DNA of 64,000 bases from Tetramitus jugosus (Eukaryota > Protista > Heterolobosea). Below, in pieces: positions 42,953-52,325 of this stretch. The notes beneath the pieces were generated by a model that did not search any database, was not told where the DNA came from, and worked only from the letters and a program-made list of their open reading frames with translations. The stretch's first letter is position 1, and every line of letters begins with the position of its first letter. The stretch spans positions 372,001-436,000 of the forward strand of contig OW569364.1 in the NCBI GenBank assembly GCA_937625935.1, in the 5' to 3' direction. A program made the position numbers and the translations under genes.

Positions 42953-43969
42953 ATGACACTCGAGATCTTACCTGATGATGTGCTGAGAGAGATTCTTCTC
43001 TTCCTCCCAATTGAAGATCTTCACAGTATTCTCCTTGCCAATCGTTTTCTGAACCAGATGGTCGATTCTGAAACACAATGGCGTCTGGTGTACCTCTCAT
43101 TGACCTCACCAGTCACTCCCAAGAAAGGTGATGATATAAAGGCAATGGCAGAGTCATTATCAAAGGTATCAGTAAAACAGAACGTTTCCTCATCCAAGGA
43201 TAGTTCTTCGCAGCTAAAGGACAAGATGTTTCCACAGCAAACATGGAAATTCAATGTACAGATGACGAGGAATCACATGTGGAGTCCCTTCCTTGTTGAT
43301 GTCGAGGGCAAAAAGGTTAAGAACCCAATGGGACCCATCATTGATGAGAGTGGTAGAGTGCTCCGATTCATTGAAAATGACAAACGCAGAATTTACAGAA
43401 TAGCTAACATTGTTCGACCCATAAGCACAAGGGGCAAGACAAGAATTGATCTCAAAGTTCAAATGTGCCTCGAGGAAAAATCAAAAGTTGACACAGTTCA
43501 CTCATTTTGTTCCAGCTGGGTGCTGATGGGGATTGTCGAAGAGAATATTCTTTGTGATTTGTACAGGAGTCGTAAGAAACGAAATTATCATTATATGGGA
43601 GAATTTCTACAGGGAGAGAACATTGGCTATGCTAACAATGGGTTCTTCTCCCGGAAACAGAAGAACAACTGGACGGACAAATTCTGTTCGGGTGATGTGA
43701 TAACGTTTGTTGTGGATGCAGAACACGAATATGAAGAAGCAAAAGAATCCAATTGGGAGAAACCTTATGGATTATTGACTTGCTTGCTCAATGGTGTTGA
43801 AGCAGACACACGGTCATACAGTGGAATATTTGCGAATCCAGATGCAAGACTCTACTTTTGCACTCAAGTGAATGAAGATTACAACCATTCAGTATGTATA
43901 GAGAATAGCAATACTTGTTCGTGGAATACAGTGTGTATTGATGGCGAATGGAACCACTTGAAAAACTGA
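42953..43969 (+). CDS. F-box + SPRY-like protein, paralogue 2 (frameshifted C-terminus)
   Basis: Collinear with paralogue 1; the last ~30 aa derive from a shifted frame. Confidence 0.85.
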   Translation: MTLEILPDDVLREILLFLPIEDLHSILLANRFLNQMVDSETQWRLVYLSLTSPVTPKKGDDIKAMAESLSKVSVKQNVSSSKDSSSQLKDKMFPQQTWKFNVQMTRNHMWSPFLVDVEGKKVKNPMGPIIDESGRVLRFIENDKRRIYRIANIVRPISTRGKTRIDLKVQMCLEEKSKVDTVHSFCSSWVLMGIVEENILCDLYRSRKKRNYHYMGEFLQGENIGYANNGFFSRKQKNNWTDKFCSGDVITFVVDAEHEYEEAKESNWEKPYGLLTCLLNGVEADTRSYSGIFANPDARLYFCTQVNEDYNHSVCIENSNTCSWNTVCIDGEWNHLKN

Positions 43970-44017
43970 TTGAGTGGAAAACATAACCTCTAAAGTAAAC
44001 AACTTGTCATAATATCA

Positions 44018-44662
44018 TCATTGACAAATCTTGTACCATGGAGAACCTCCAACCTGTTTGCACTTTGTGCACAATTTCCCAGCACAGTCATAATCATCAT
44101 TACACATAACCATTCCCCCACAATTACATTGAGGCATATTACAATGATTGTTTCGACAATTGTTAGAGGGACACTTCAAACGTGGATTGTTATACCCTTG
44201 ACATGTTGGTACTCCACAAAGCTTCTCTGGCCAAACTCCCGAAAAATCATTGTCAGACAACAGTATTGCCATTAGGCCAGGCATATCTCCATATTCATCT
44301 GGAACTGTTCCATACAAGTTATTATCATGCAAATGAAGTGTCCACAAACTTCGAAGGTATCGAATACCTGTTGGCAATGTACCTGTCAAGTTGTTATTAG
44401 GAAGTTTGAGTTCGAACACAGAGTCATGAATGCACCTGACACCGTGCCAGCCGTGACAAAAGTCAGTATCCGTGGAATTGTTCCAGCCAGTGTTGTTCCT
44501 CCAGTAAGGACCTCCAGTGGAGTGGTAGAAGGCACGAAGGAAGCTAATTTGGTCGTTCACTTGAATCTTTGAGTGTTTGGCTCTTGTTCTTGCTCCGAGG
44601 ACTGCAGTCAGTGCAACGATGAAGGATAGCAGAAGAATGAGACGGATGAGCGGGTGACGCAT
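44018..44662 (-). CDS. Secreted LRR protein with Cys-rich C-terminus
   Basis: Signal peptide; LRR N-cap L.AFY.STGG..W.NNTGW...C.GW.GV.C; plant-type LxLxxNxLxGxxP repeats; C-terminal region with ~12 Cys; no TM segment. Confidence 0.88.
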   Translation of the reverse strand: MRHPLIRLILLLSFIVALTAVLGARTRAKHSKIQVNDQISFLRAFYHSTGGPYWRNNTGWNNSTDTDFCHGWHGVRCIHDSVFELKLPNNNLTGTLPTGIRYLRSLWTLHLHDNNLYGTVPDEYGDMPGLMAILLSDNDFSGVWPEKLCGVPTCQGYNNPRLKCPSNNCRNNHCNMPQCNCGGMVMCNDDYDCAGKLCTKCKQVGGSPWYKICQ

Positions 44663-44753
44663 GAGTTCTTTGTTTTGTGGTTGTCGAACTCGGAGAAAAT
44701 TTTATTTGTTCATTCCATTGAGTTCAATTGGGAAAACAAAACCACTTGAACCA

Positions 44754-45617
44754 ATGCAACTCGATAACTTGTCACATGATGTGCTAGGAGATATATTTCT
44801 CTTCCTGCGAATTCAAGATCTTCGCAGTGTTCTTCTGTCTAATCGTTTTCTGAACCAGATTGCAGACGCTGAAACACAGTGGCGTCTGGTGTGTCTCTCC
44901 TTGACAAACAGCAGAGACAAGCAGTTTCCACTGGAAACGTGGAAGTTCAATGTACAGATGAGGACGAGAGATCAAAAATGGTCGATATGCTTTATGGACT
45001 CAGAGGGTTACATGGTCATGAATTCAATGGGTCCGATCATTGACGAGAGTGGCAAGGTGCTTCAATTCATGAGAAACCGCAGACAAAGAAATATCAGAAT
45101 AGCCAACACTGCGCGGCCCATAAGTACAAGAGGCACGACAAAAATCGATCTTAAAGTGCAAGTGTGTCAGAATGGATCACCAGTGGACCCATCAGTTCGC
45201 TCATTTGGTCCTCATTGGGTACTGCTGGGGATCGTACATGAGAACATTCTGCGTGATTTATACACAAGTGAGAGACAAAATTCTATTACCCTGGGAGAGT
45301 TTCAACCAGAGGAGAACCTTGGTTACGCCAACAATGGATTCTTTTCTCGAAAAATGAGTAATATCTGGACCGACAAGTTCTATCCGGGCGATGTTGTCAC
45401 ATTAATTGCAGACGCAGAATATGGGTATGAAGTTGCAAAAGAAACGAATTGGAGGGAGTCTTATGGGCGTTTGACTTGCTTGCTCAATGGTGCTGAGACC
45501 GAATCATGGGCATTGAGTGGAATATTTGCCAAACCTGATGCAAGACTTTATTTTTGCCTGCAATTGCATGGAGAATGCAATGAAAGTGGAATTGTTACAA
45601 CCATTCAACGCACCTAG
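44754..45617 (+). CDS. F-box + SPRY-like protein, paralogue 3
   Basis: ATG 44754 (MQLDNLSHDVL) aligns with the starts of paralogues 1 and 2; short linker; same C-terminal domain. Confidence 0.85.
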   Translation: MQLDNLSHDVLGDIFLFLRIQDLRSVLLSNRFLNQIADAETQWRLVCLSLTNSRDKQFPLETWKFNVQMRTRDQKWSICFMDSEGYMVMNSMGPIIDESGKVLQFMRNRRQRNIRIANTARPISTRGTTKIDLKVQVCQNGSPVDPSVRSFGPHWVLLGIVHENILRDLYTSERQNSITLGEFQPEENLGYANNGFFSRKMSNIWTDKFYPGDVVTLIADAEYGYEVAKETNWRESYGRLTCLLNGAETESWALSGIFAKPDARLYFCLQLHGECNESGIVTTIQRT

Positions 45618-45922
45618 GTTTCACCCTTCAGTGACCGAGAACATTAAACGGGAATTGGAAATATTCTTCATGGTCATTTCGCTCTTCTCACCAAAGTCAA
45701 CGGCAGGTTGAATTTCCAACATCCACGAGGTCATCAAGAGTAAACTGATCAGTACTTGGTGTTTCTTGTTTCTCTTTATTATTTTCTCCAAACACCAGGA
45801 TCTTCAGTGTGACTGACTCTCGATCTTATTCGTTGTAGTTGAGGAACTTGAACTGAAAGCGGAGATATTTCCTCCAACCAAAAAAGACCGCCACAAAAAA
45901 CAAAAGAGAGAAATCATCACCA

Positions 45923-48900
45923 ATGAACGACAATTATCCTTGTCCAGAGACTGATGGAGAATCAATCGTCGTTGATGACAAAAACATCTCAACAACACCA
46001 ACAACAACAACTGCCATGATTCAAGTCCAACTCCACCCTATTTATTCAACAACAACAACAACCACACAACAAGAACAACAAGAAGAAAATGTTGATTTTA
46101 TTCAAGTATCAATCACTGAAAAATCACCACAAGAAGCAACAACTACAACTACATTGGTCAATATGGAAGAAAAAGAACCTGCAGAGCAACAACAAGAACA
46201 ACAAGAACAACAAGAAATGGAAGAATATTTCATTTCTTTGAGTATTCAATGTAATAACAATAATGATGCGGATGATGATGATAATGACAAGAGGATTCGG
46301 ATCGAGTTGAAATCACGTTTTGAAAATGACGAACAACAATCATCAGCACCATCATCACAAGAAGATGAAGAAGAAGAAGCTCAACCAGCACTATTAATGG
46401 ATTCATCAACAGAAAAAGAAAATTCTCAAACCATGGATTTTTCTTCAACAGAGAATGATCATGAACATTTTTCATTCACTACTGATTCACAAAAGCAAAC
46501 ACAAGAACAAGAAACGACTCTGGATCAAAATGATACTGATGATATTAAGAAGGATGATGATCAAAATGAGAATGAGAATACAATAGTGACATTACCATCA
46601 GAGGAAGATAACTCATCATCATTCAAAGATGAAGAAGAAATTTCGTTTGAATCGGATCAAACGATGCCTAATGATGAGACTAGCAATGGAGGTGGAGAGA
46701 AAGAAGAAGTCGAAACAGCAAAGGACGAAGAAGAACTCGCAGTAGAAGAAAAAGAAGAAAAAGAAGCAACATTGAATTTTGGGGAAGACAATAGTCATGA
46801 CAATGGAATCGAGAAACATGATAATAACGATGTGAACATTTCTAATACTGATGCAGATACGAATATTTATGTGGAAAAGAGTGGTAGTGATAATGTTGAT
46901 GAGAGTCAGCAATTTGCATTTGAGAAGGATGACAATGATGCATGGGGTGATGAAAAAGTGGTGTTTGATGATCATCAAACGAATGCTGCTGATGATAACA
47001 TTGCTCTAGAGAGCAATGTAGATGAGAATAAGAACGATGATCAGGATAACAATGGTATCACTGTTCAAGACCAAAATAACAATGTACAAAGCGAGGTTGA
47101 GATCAAGGAGAATCATGTTCATCATCAGGAGCATTTGATTGATAATCAGACACAGGAAAGTGAAGGTTTTGATGCAAATTTTGATGCTGACTTTGCTGAT
47201 GATCAATTTGACCAGAGCAATCACGTATCGAATGATAATAACGTTCCAATCGAAACTGCATCTCCAACTGATCAAAAACATGAAGAAGAAAAGGAACAAG
47301 AGCAAGTAGAAACACCGACTCTTGACCATGAACAAACATCAGAAAGTGAAGAGGTAAAGTTTGGTGATGGATTTGCAGCTGATTTTGATGCTGATTTTGG
47401 TGCTGATGAATTTATTAGTCAGACACCAAATGAACAACCGGTCAATAATGATGAGCCAATCAAGGAGGAAATAACGTCGAATATAACAACAAAAGAGGAA
47501 GAGTTTGAAAATGCAGACTTTACTACTGACTTTGATTCTTTCCCTGAAGAGGTCACAACAACAGATGAGGCTCCACCTCAAACCAATGATTCAACCCCAA
47601 CGGAAGAGCCAGTAGCTCTCACAAAAGAGGACGAAATCGAAGAGAGTACTCAAAAGGATATCGCAGAAGAACATAATGACGATGGATTTGATGATGCCGA
47701 TTTTGGTGACTTTCCTGAGGATGATGTTTTACAGACAACAGACGCAATGGGTGATGAGGACTTTGGTGATTTTCCAGATTTTGAAGATATTTCTGCACCA
47801 GACAATGGTTCAAGTACTCTCAACGATGAAGAACTAGACGAGTTCAATGACTTTGGCAATGTGCAGGATGAATCAAAGGACGACTTTGGTGATTTTGATG
47901 AGCCAGAGACTTCAGTGGAAGAAACTGAACCACAAGTAACAGAAGAGGAGGCAAAAGAAGCAGAAAGAGAGCACTTGCTCTTAAAGCAGTTGGAACAATC
48001 TATCAGTTCCTCCATCTTGTCTTCGGAACATGAATCCATGTCGATGGACAACTTACAGCAACTCTTCACGACTATATTGATGCCAACCACTATGCAGTAT
48101 ATAATCAATGGAAAAGGATTGTCCATGGAGCGAGCAAACAACCGAAATCTATCTCTAGAGAAGTTATTCAAGGTTAACAGTAGTCAAAACGCTAATATAT
48201 TGAGTAAGATGGCTGTTTGGTCCGATTCATGCACAGAAACACAATTTTTGAAATCAATGGGACTACAGCGCAAGAACAACACGTTGAACAGCATTTCAAA
48301 ATATCAGAGACGAGTTGCAACAAAGACTGCGACGACTCCGAGACACACGAGGGGAGCATCAAGTAGTGACGGCTTCCAGGACTTCAATCGATTACCATCG
48401 ACCTACACGCGAAGACCCTCTAGCAGTAGTGACCAGTCCATGAGTCCAGTGGTTAGCTCTGCAAACGTGACAGATAACATATTTAATGAATCTTCAAACA
48501 AGGTTCAGAACGAGAGCACACAAGAACCACAACAACCAAAGCCCACAAACTCGTTTGAGGATGACTTTGATAACTTTGGTGATTTCCCAGAACCAACACC
48601 AAATGCAGAACCAGCCACTCCAATCGCATCGCAGCAACAAATCAGTGACGACCTCATTGCATTCATTGATGCCTTCTCGAGTCCAAGAAATAATTCAATG
48701 AAAACAAAGGTCGTGCCCTCAAAGGAGTTAGAAGATATTTCTAGTTTGGTGTTTACATCACCTGCCCCTAAAACTAGCACCGCACGGTCAATCCAATTTA
48801 ATCAAACACCAACCAGTCCTGTACAAACAACAGCAGCCCCAGAATTTGAAGCCGATTTTGGTGAAGAATTCGACACCGATTTCAGCAACGATACTAAACT

Positions 48901-49321
48901 GCCTGACAACAAGATAGAAACAGAGATAACACTGTCTCCAAATCAAGAGAAGTTACAAGAAGTTCAATCATTTGGCGATGCTGATTTTGATGCCGATTTC
49001 GGTGATTTCCCTGCGAATGAAGTGACTCAGACTCAAACCATCGCAACCAATGTCACGGAACCTGTCGATGCTTCTTTTGATGCTGCTTTCGATGAGAGTG
49101 ACTTTGGAGAGATGACAGGACCTGATCACTCAGAAACTGAGAAGGAGCAGACCAATGCAACATCAGTGTCCTCCCCCACAAACTCAATTCCTGTCGAGGT
49201 TCAGCAAAAAGTTGATGAAATGCTGATGGATCTACCAGACCTGTCAAGCATTCTACCTGTCGCTACCACCAGTCAACCAACAAGTACAACTGGTCAAAAT
49301 TTCGACTTCCTTTTCGAATAG
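45923..49321 (+). CDS. Aftiphilin-like acidic AP-1/clathrin accessory protein
   Basis: Acidic disordered protein with five FGDF and many DF-type motifs; W.DS.....LKSMGL and LPDLS blocks resemble the conserved aftiphilin C-terminal segments. Confidence 0.7.
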   Translation: MNDNYPCPETDGESIVVDDKNISTTPTTTTAMIQVQLHPIYSTTTTTTQQEQQEENVDFIQVSITEKSPQEATTTTTLVNMEEKEPAEQQQEQQEQQEMEEYFISLSIQCNNNNDADDDDNDKRIRIELKSRFENDEQQSSAPSSQEDEEEEAQPALLMDSSTEKENSQTMDFSSTENDHEHFSFTTDSQKQTQEQETTLDQNDTDDIKKDDDQNENENTIVTLPSEEDNSSSFKDEEEISFESDQTMPNDETSNGGGEKEEVETAKDEEELAVEEKEEKEATLNFGEDNSHDNGIEKHDNNDVNISNTDADTNIYVEKSGSDNVDESQQFAFEKDDNDAWGDEKVVFDDHQTNAADDNIALESNVDENKNDDQDNNGITVQDQNNNVQSEVEIKENHVHHQEHLIDNQTQESEGFDANFDADFADDQFDQSNHVSNDNNVPIETASPTDQKHEEEKEQEQVETPTLDHEQTSESEEVKFGDGFAADFDADFGADEFISQTPNEQPVNNDEPIKEEITSNITTKEEEFENADFTTDFDSFPEEVTTTDEAPPQTNDSTPTEEPVALTKEDEIEESTQKDIAEEHNDDGFDDADFGDFPEDDVLQTTDAMGDEDFGDFPDFEDISAPDNGSSTLNDEELDEFNDFGNVQDESKDDFGDFDEPETSVEETEPQVTEEEAKEAEREHLLLKQLEQSISSSILSSEHESMSMDNLQQLFTTILMPTTMQYIINGKGLSMERANNRNLSLEKLFKVNSSQNANILSKMAVWSDSCTETQFLKSMGLQRKNNTLNSISKYQRRVATKTATTPRHTRGASSSDGFQDFNRLPSTYTRRPSSSSDQSMSPVVSSANVTDNIFNESSNKVQNESTQEPQQPKPTNSFEDDFDNFGDFPEPTPNAEPATPIASQQQISDDLIAFIDAFSSPRNNSMKTKVVPSKELEDISSLVFTSPAPKTSTARSIQFNQTPTSPVQTTAAPEFEADFGEEFDTDFSNDTKLPDNKIETEITLSPNQEKLQEVQSFGDADFDADFGDFPANEVTQTQTIATNVTEPVDASFDAAFDESDFGEMTGPDHSETEKEQTNATSVSSPTNSIPVEVQQKVDEMLMDLPDLSSILPVATTSQPTSTTGQNFDFLFE

Positions 49322-49671
49322 ATTGGGCGTCTGGGCCCTCTAACCTTGATATGTGGATCAGCATAACAAAACATTAGTTGCTTGATCGATTTCCACACAC
49401 AAACCTGGAGACACATGAAGGTAGGAATAAAGACCGGAATTTTGATTGTATCTCTATTTCTCGAAATAGAATTGTAAGTCTATTGGAAGTTTGCCAACGC
49501 CAGTTTTCTCGGAATCTACGTAAAACAATTTCCGGATCGGGGGTCAAAAGCTAAAGAGACTTCCTACGACTGTTGGCCAGAAACTCTCTCAACCAAAAAG
49601 CTTAAAGGTCTTCCAACAACGAAGCAACAACAACACCAACAAACACTAACAACAAACAGACAGATCCAATC

Positions 49672-50892
49672 ATGGGGAAGGATTACTACGCAATACTAGG
49701 TCTATCCAAGACCGCATCAATGGACGATATTAGAAAAGCTTACAAGAAGCTCGCACGTCAATTCCATCCTGATCTCAACCCAAATCAAACATCCGAGTCG
49801 GAAGAGAAATTCAAAGAAATATCGGAAGCTTACGAAGTGCTCAAAGACGCTGACAAGAGAGAAATTTATGACAAGTATGGTGAAGAGGGATTGAAGGGTG
49901 GAATGGGAGGTGCAGGCGGTGGCATGGGAGGATTTGCCGATATTTTTGACATGTTTAGCAGAGGTGGCGGTGGTGCGCCAAGAGGCCCCGCCAAGGCAGA
50001 ATCCATCAAGCATGCACTTTCAGTCTCACTCGAAGACTTGTACAATGGAACCGTGAAGAAAATTCGTGTGACAAGAACGCGAATTTGTAAGAATTGTGAA
50101 GGAGTCGGAGCAACGAAAAAGGATGCCATCAAGACGTGTGATGCATGTGACGGTCATGGTATGGTGAATGAGGTGAGACAGATGGGACCTGGCTTCATCT
50201 CTCAAGTCAGAAGACCTTGTCATCAGTGCAATGGTGAAGGAAAGAGTGTGGATCCAAAGTTTATTTGCAAGACTTGCAACGGTAAAAAGGTTGTAAACGA
50301 GCAAAAGGTTCTGGAAGTTCACATTGACAAGGGAATGAAGAATGGACAAAAGATTGTCTTCGAAAACGAAGCTGACGAGAGACCTGGTGTTCAAGCAGGT
50401 GATATCGTGTTTATTGTACAGGAGAAGCCACATGCTCACTTTAAGAGAGAAGATCAGAATTTGATCTATGAAAAGAAGATTAACTTGTCAGAGGCGTTGA
50501 CTGGAGTCGAATTTGTGATTGATCACCTGGATAAGAGGAAACTGTTGGTGAAGAGCAAGCCAGGCGACGTGATAAAACCAGGTCAGATCAAACAGATTGA
50601 CGGTGAAGGCATGCCAACATACAGAAATCCATACCAGAAGGGAAAACTCTTTGTCAAGTTTGATGTCGAATTCCCTAAGCGCATACCAGACGACGTGGCC
50701 AAGAAGCTCATGTCACTATTGCCTCCAAAGAACAAGATGGCTGGCGCAGGTGGAAATGATGTCGAAGAACATATCATGGAGGACTACGTTCCAAGTGACA
50801 ACCAATCTGGTAGACGAGGCGGTGGTGGAGAAGCATACATGTCTGATGAGGAAGATGAAGGCAGAGGAGGAATTAGCTGTGCCCAGCAATAA
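49672..50892 (+). CDS. Type I Hsp40 / DnaJA (YDJ1-like)
   Basis: J-domain with HPD, G/F region, four CxxCxGxG-type repeats, C-terminal CAAX (CAQQ). Confidence 0.97.
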   Translation: MGKDYYAILGLSKTASMDDIRKAYKKLARQFHPDLNPNQTSESEEKFKEISEAYEVLKDADKREIYDKYGEEGLKGGMGGAGGGMGGFADIFDMFSRGGGGAPRGPAKAESIKHALSVSLEDLYNGTVKKIRVTRTRICKNCEGVGATKKDAIKTCDACDGHGMVNEVRQMGPGFISQVRRPCHQCNGEGKSVDPKFICKTCNGKKVVNEQKVLEVHIDKGMKNGQKIVFENEADERPGVQAGDIVFIVQEKPHAHFKREDQNLIYEKKINLSEALTGVEFVIDHLDKRKLLVKSKPGDVIKPGQIKQIDGEGMPTYRNPYQKGKLFVKFDVEFPKRIPDDVAKKLMSLLPPKNKMAGAGGNDVEEHIMEDYVPSDNQSGRRGGGGEAYMSDEEDEGRGGISCAQQ

Positions 50893-51139
50893 ATCCAATT
50901 TAAAATTCACTTTCATCTTGATTGTCTCAACTTCATATCAATCTTCTCCGATTCAGCAATGAAATCTTTCACACAGTACTGTTTTACTGGTTCAAGAAAC
51001 CTCAACGCCTTGTGACGTCTTTGACCATAGGGAAAATGTTGGCCTAAATATGGGTTCCTCGAACGTCGCTTAATGGATCCACACAATTTTCGCTCGTTCA
51101 AAACAAATAAACAACAACCAACAGACTCGGAAAAAGAAA

Positions 51140-52198
51140 ATGCCAGAAAACCACCTCGCACCCTCTTCCATACTCCAGCATCATCACAACCTCTCTCCCA
51201 ACTCCATCACAATGATGACGACAACTCCAAAAAATCAACATCAACAACAACAACAACAAATGACTCCTCTCCACTTGGGTGATGCCCTGTTCTATGACGA
51301 CATTATCAAAACCATTGTGCTATGGTTGCCTCTCAATGACATTCTCCAACAAATGCTCCTTTGTCGTCGACTATACTCACTCATTGATCATCCATCCCAA
51401 TGGGAGTACTATTACACTGAAACATTGCTCTATTATTCAAAAAATATTCCTAGTTTGAAGAAGACTACGACGTCGGACCATTGGAGCAGCGGTAGTGGTA
51501 ATTCTTGGATGAATGAACTGAGAGCGGAGAATTATTGGAAGTGGAAGTGTCGTTATTGGTTGGAACATCGATGGTCACATTCCGTTCATGTGATGTATCC
51601 AGCTCTGAATCAACCAGTGATTGATTCGACGGGAAAGCACTTGAAATTCAAGCACAAGCGCGGTGCGTATCAAGCATGTTATATGCGCAATGCGATACCA
51701 AAACAAGGAACGACGCGCGTTGATTTTTATGTGCACATGCCCGATCAGGACAAGGAAGATGATTTGCGCTCAAGAATTATGGGCACGCAGTGCAGTGTCG
51801 TGTTTTTGGGTATAGTAAATCCTCATGGGTTTTTTTCTAGTTATAGTCCCGTGCAGGGAGAACAGACCTACAAGAGTGTGACGGGTTATTCTAGCCTGGG
51901 AGAGATTATTGTGGCCAAGCGCGGTGGAACAAACAATTATCCACCGTTTGGAGACGGTGATATCATATCTCTGATTGTGGATGCTTCTGCTGTGACTGTC
52001 AACAATGCCGACGGGAACAATAGTTCTGCGTTCGGCACGCTGACCATCCTAAGAAACGGAGCACAAATCATGAAACCATTCCAAAATATATTCCCAGATC
52101 GAGAAACGGACCTGTACTTTTTTACTGGTACATTTGAGCATGTTGCACGGTCAGAAAACAAGCAATTTGATGCCTATAAAGTGACGATTCTATCCTAA
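51140..52198 (+). CDS. F-box + SPRY-like protein, distant fourth member
   Basis: F-box DDIIKTIVLWLPLNDIL; shares PVIDSTGK.LKF, GTTRVD, LGIV, GDIISLIVDA, FGTLT..RNG, IF...LYF with paralogues 1-3. Confidence 0.8.
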   Translation: MPENHLAPSSILQHHHNLSPNSITMMTTTPKNQHQQQQQQMTPLHLGDALFYDDIIKTIVLWLPLNDILQQMLLCRRLYSLIDHPSQWEYYYTETLLYYSKNIPSLKKTTTSDHWSSGSGNSWMNELRAENYWKWKCRYWLEHRWSHSVHVMYPALNQPVIDSTGKHLKFKHKRGAYQACYMRNAIPKQGTTRVDFYVHMPDQDKEDDLRSRIMGTQCSVVFLGIVNPHGFFSSYSPVQGEQTYKSVTGYSSLGEIIVAKRGGTNNYPPFGDGDIISLIVDASAVTVNNADGNNSSAFGTLTILRNGAQIMKPFQNIFPDRETDLYFFTGTFEHVARSENKQFDAYKVTILS

Positions 52199-52325
52199 GA
52201 TATCAGATTTTTCGAAACGAAACTTTACTCCATTGTATTCCCCTTCACGAACTTTCTCTTTCGAAAAAAACACCGCCAAGGAAAATAAATCCGATCTCAC
52301 CATTTGAAAAAAAAACGAACAAAAA

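Noticed and set aside
49430-49600. Heat-shock elements upstream of DnaJA (also GGAAGATTCC upstream of the sHSP-like gene)
   Set aside because: Only two correctly spaced nGAAn units were found in each case; too weak to call.
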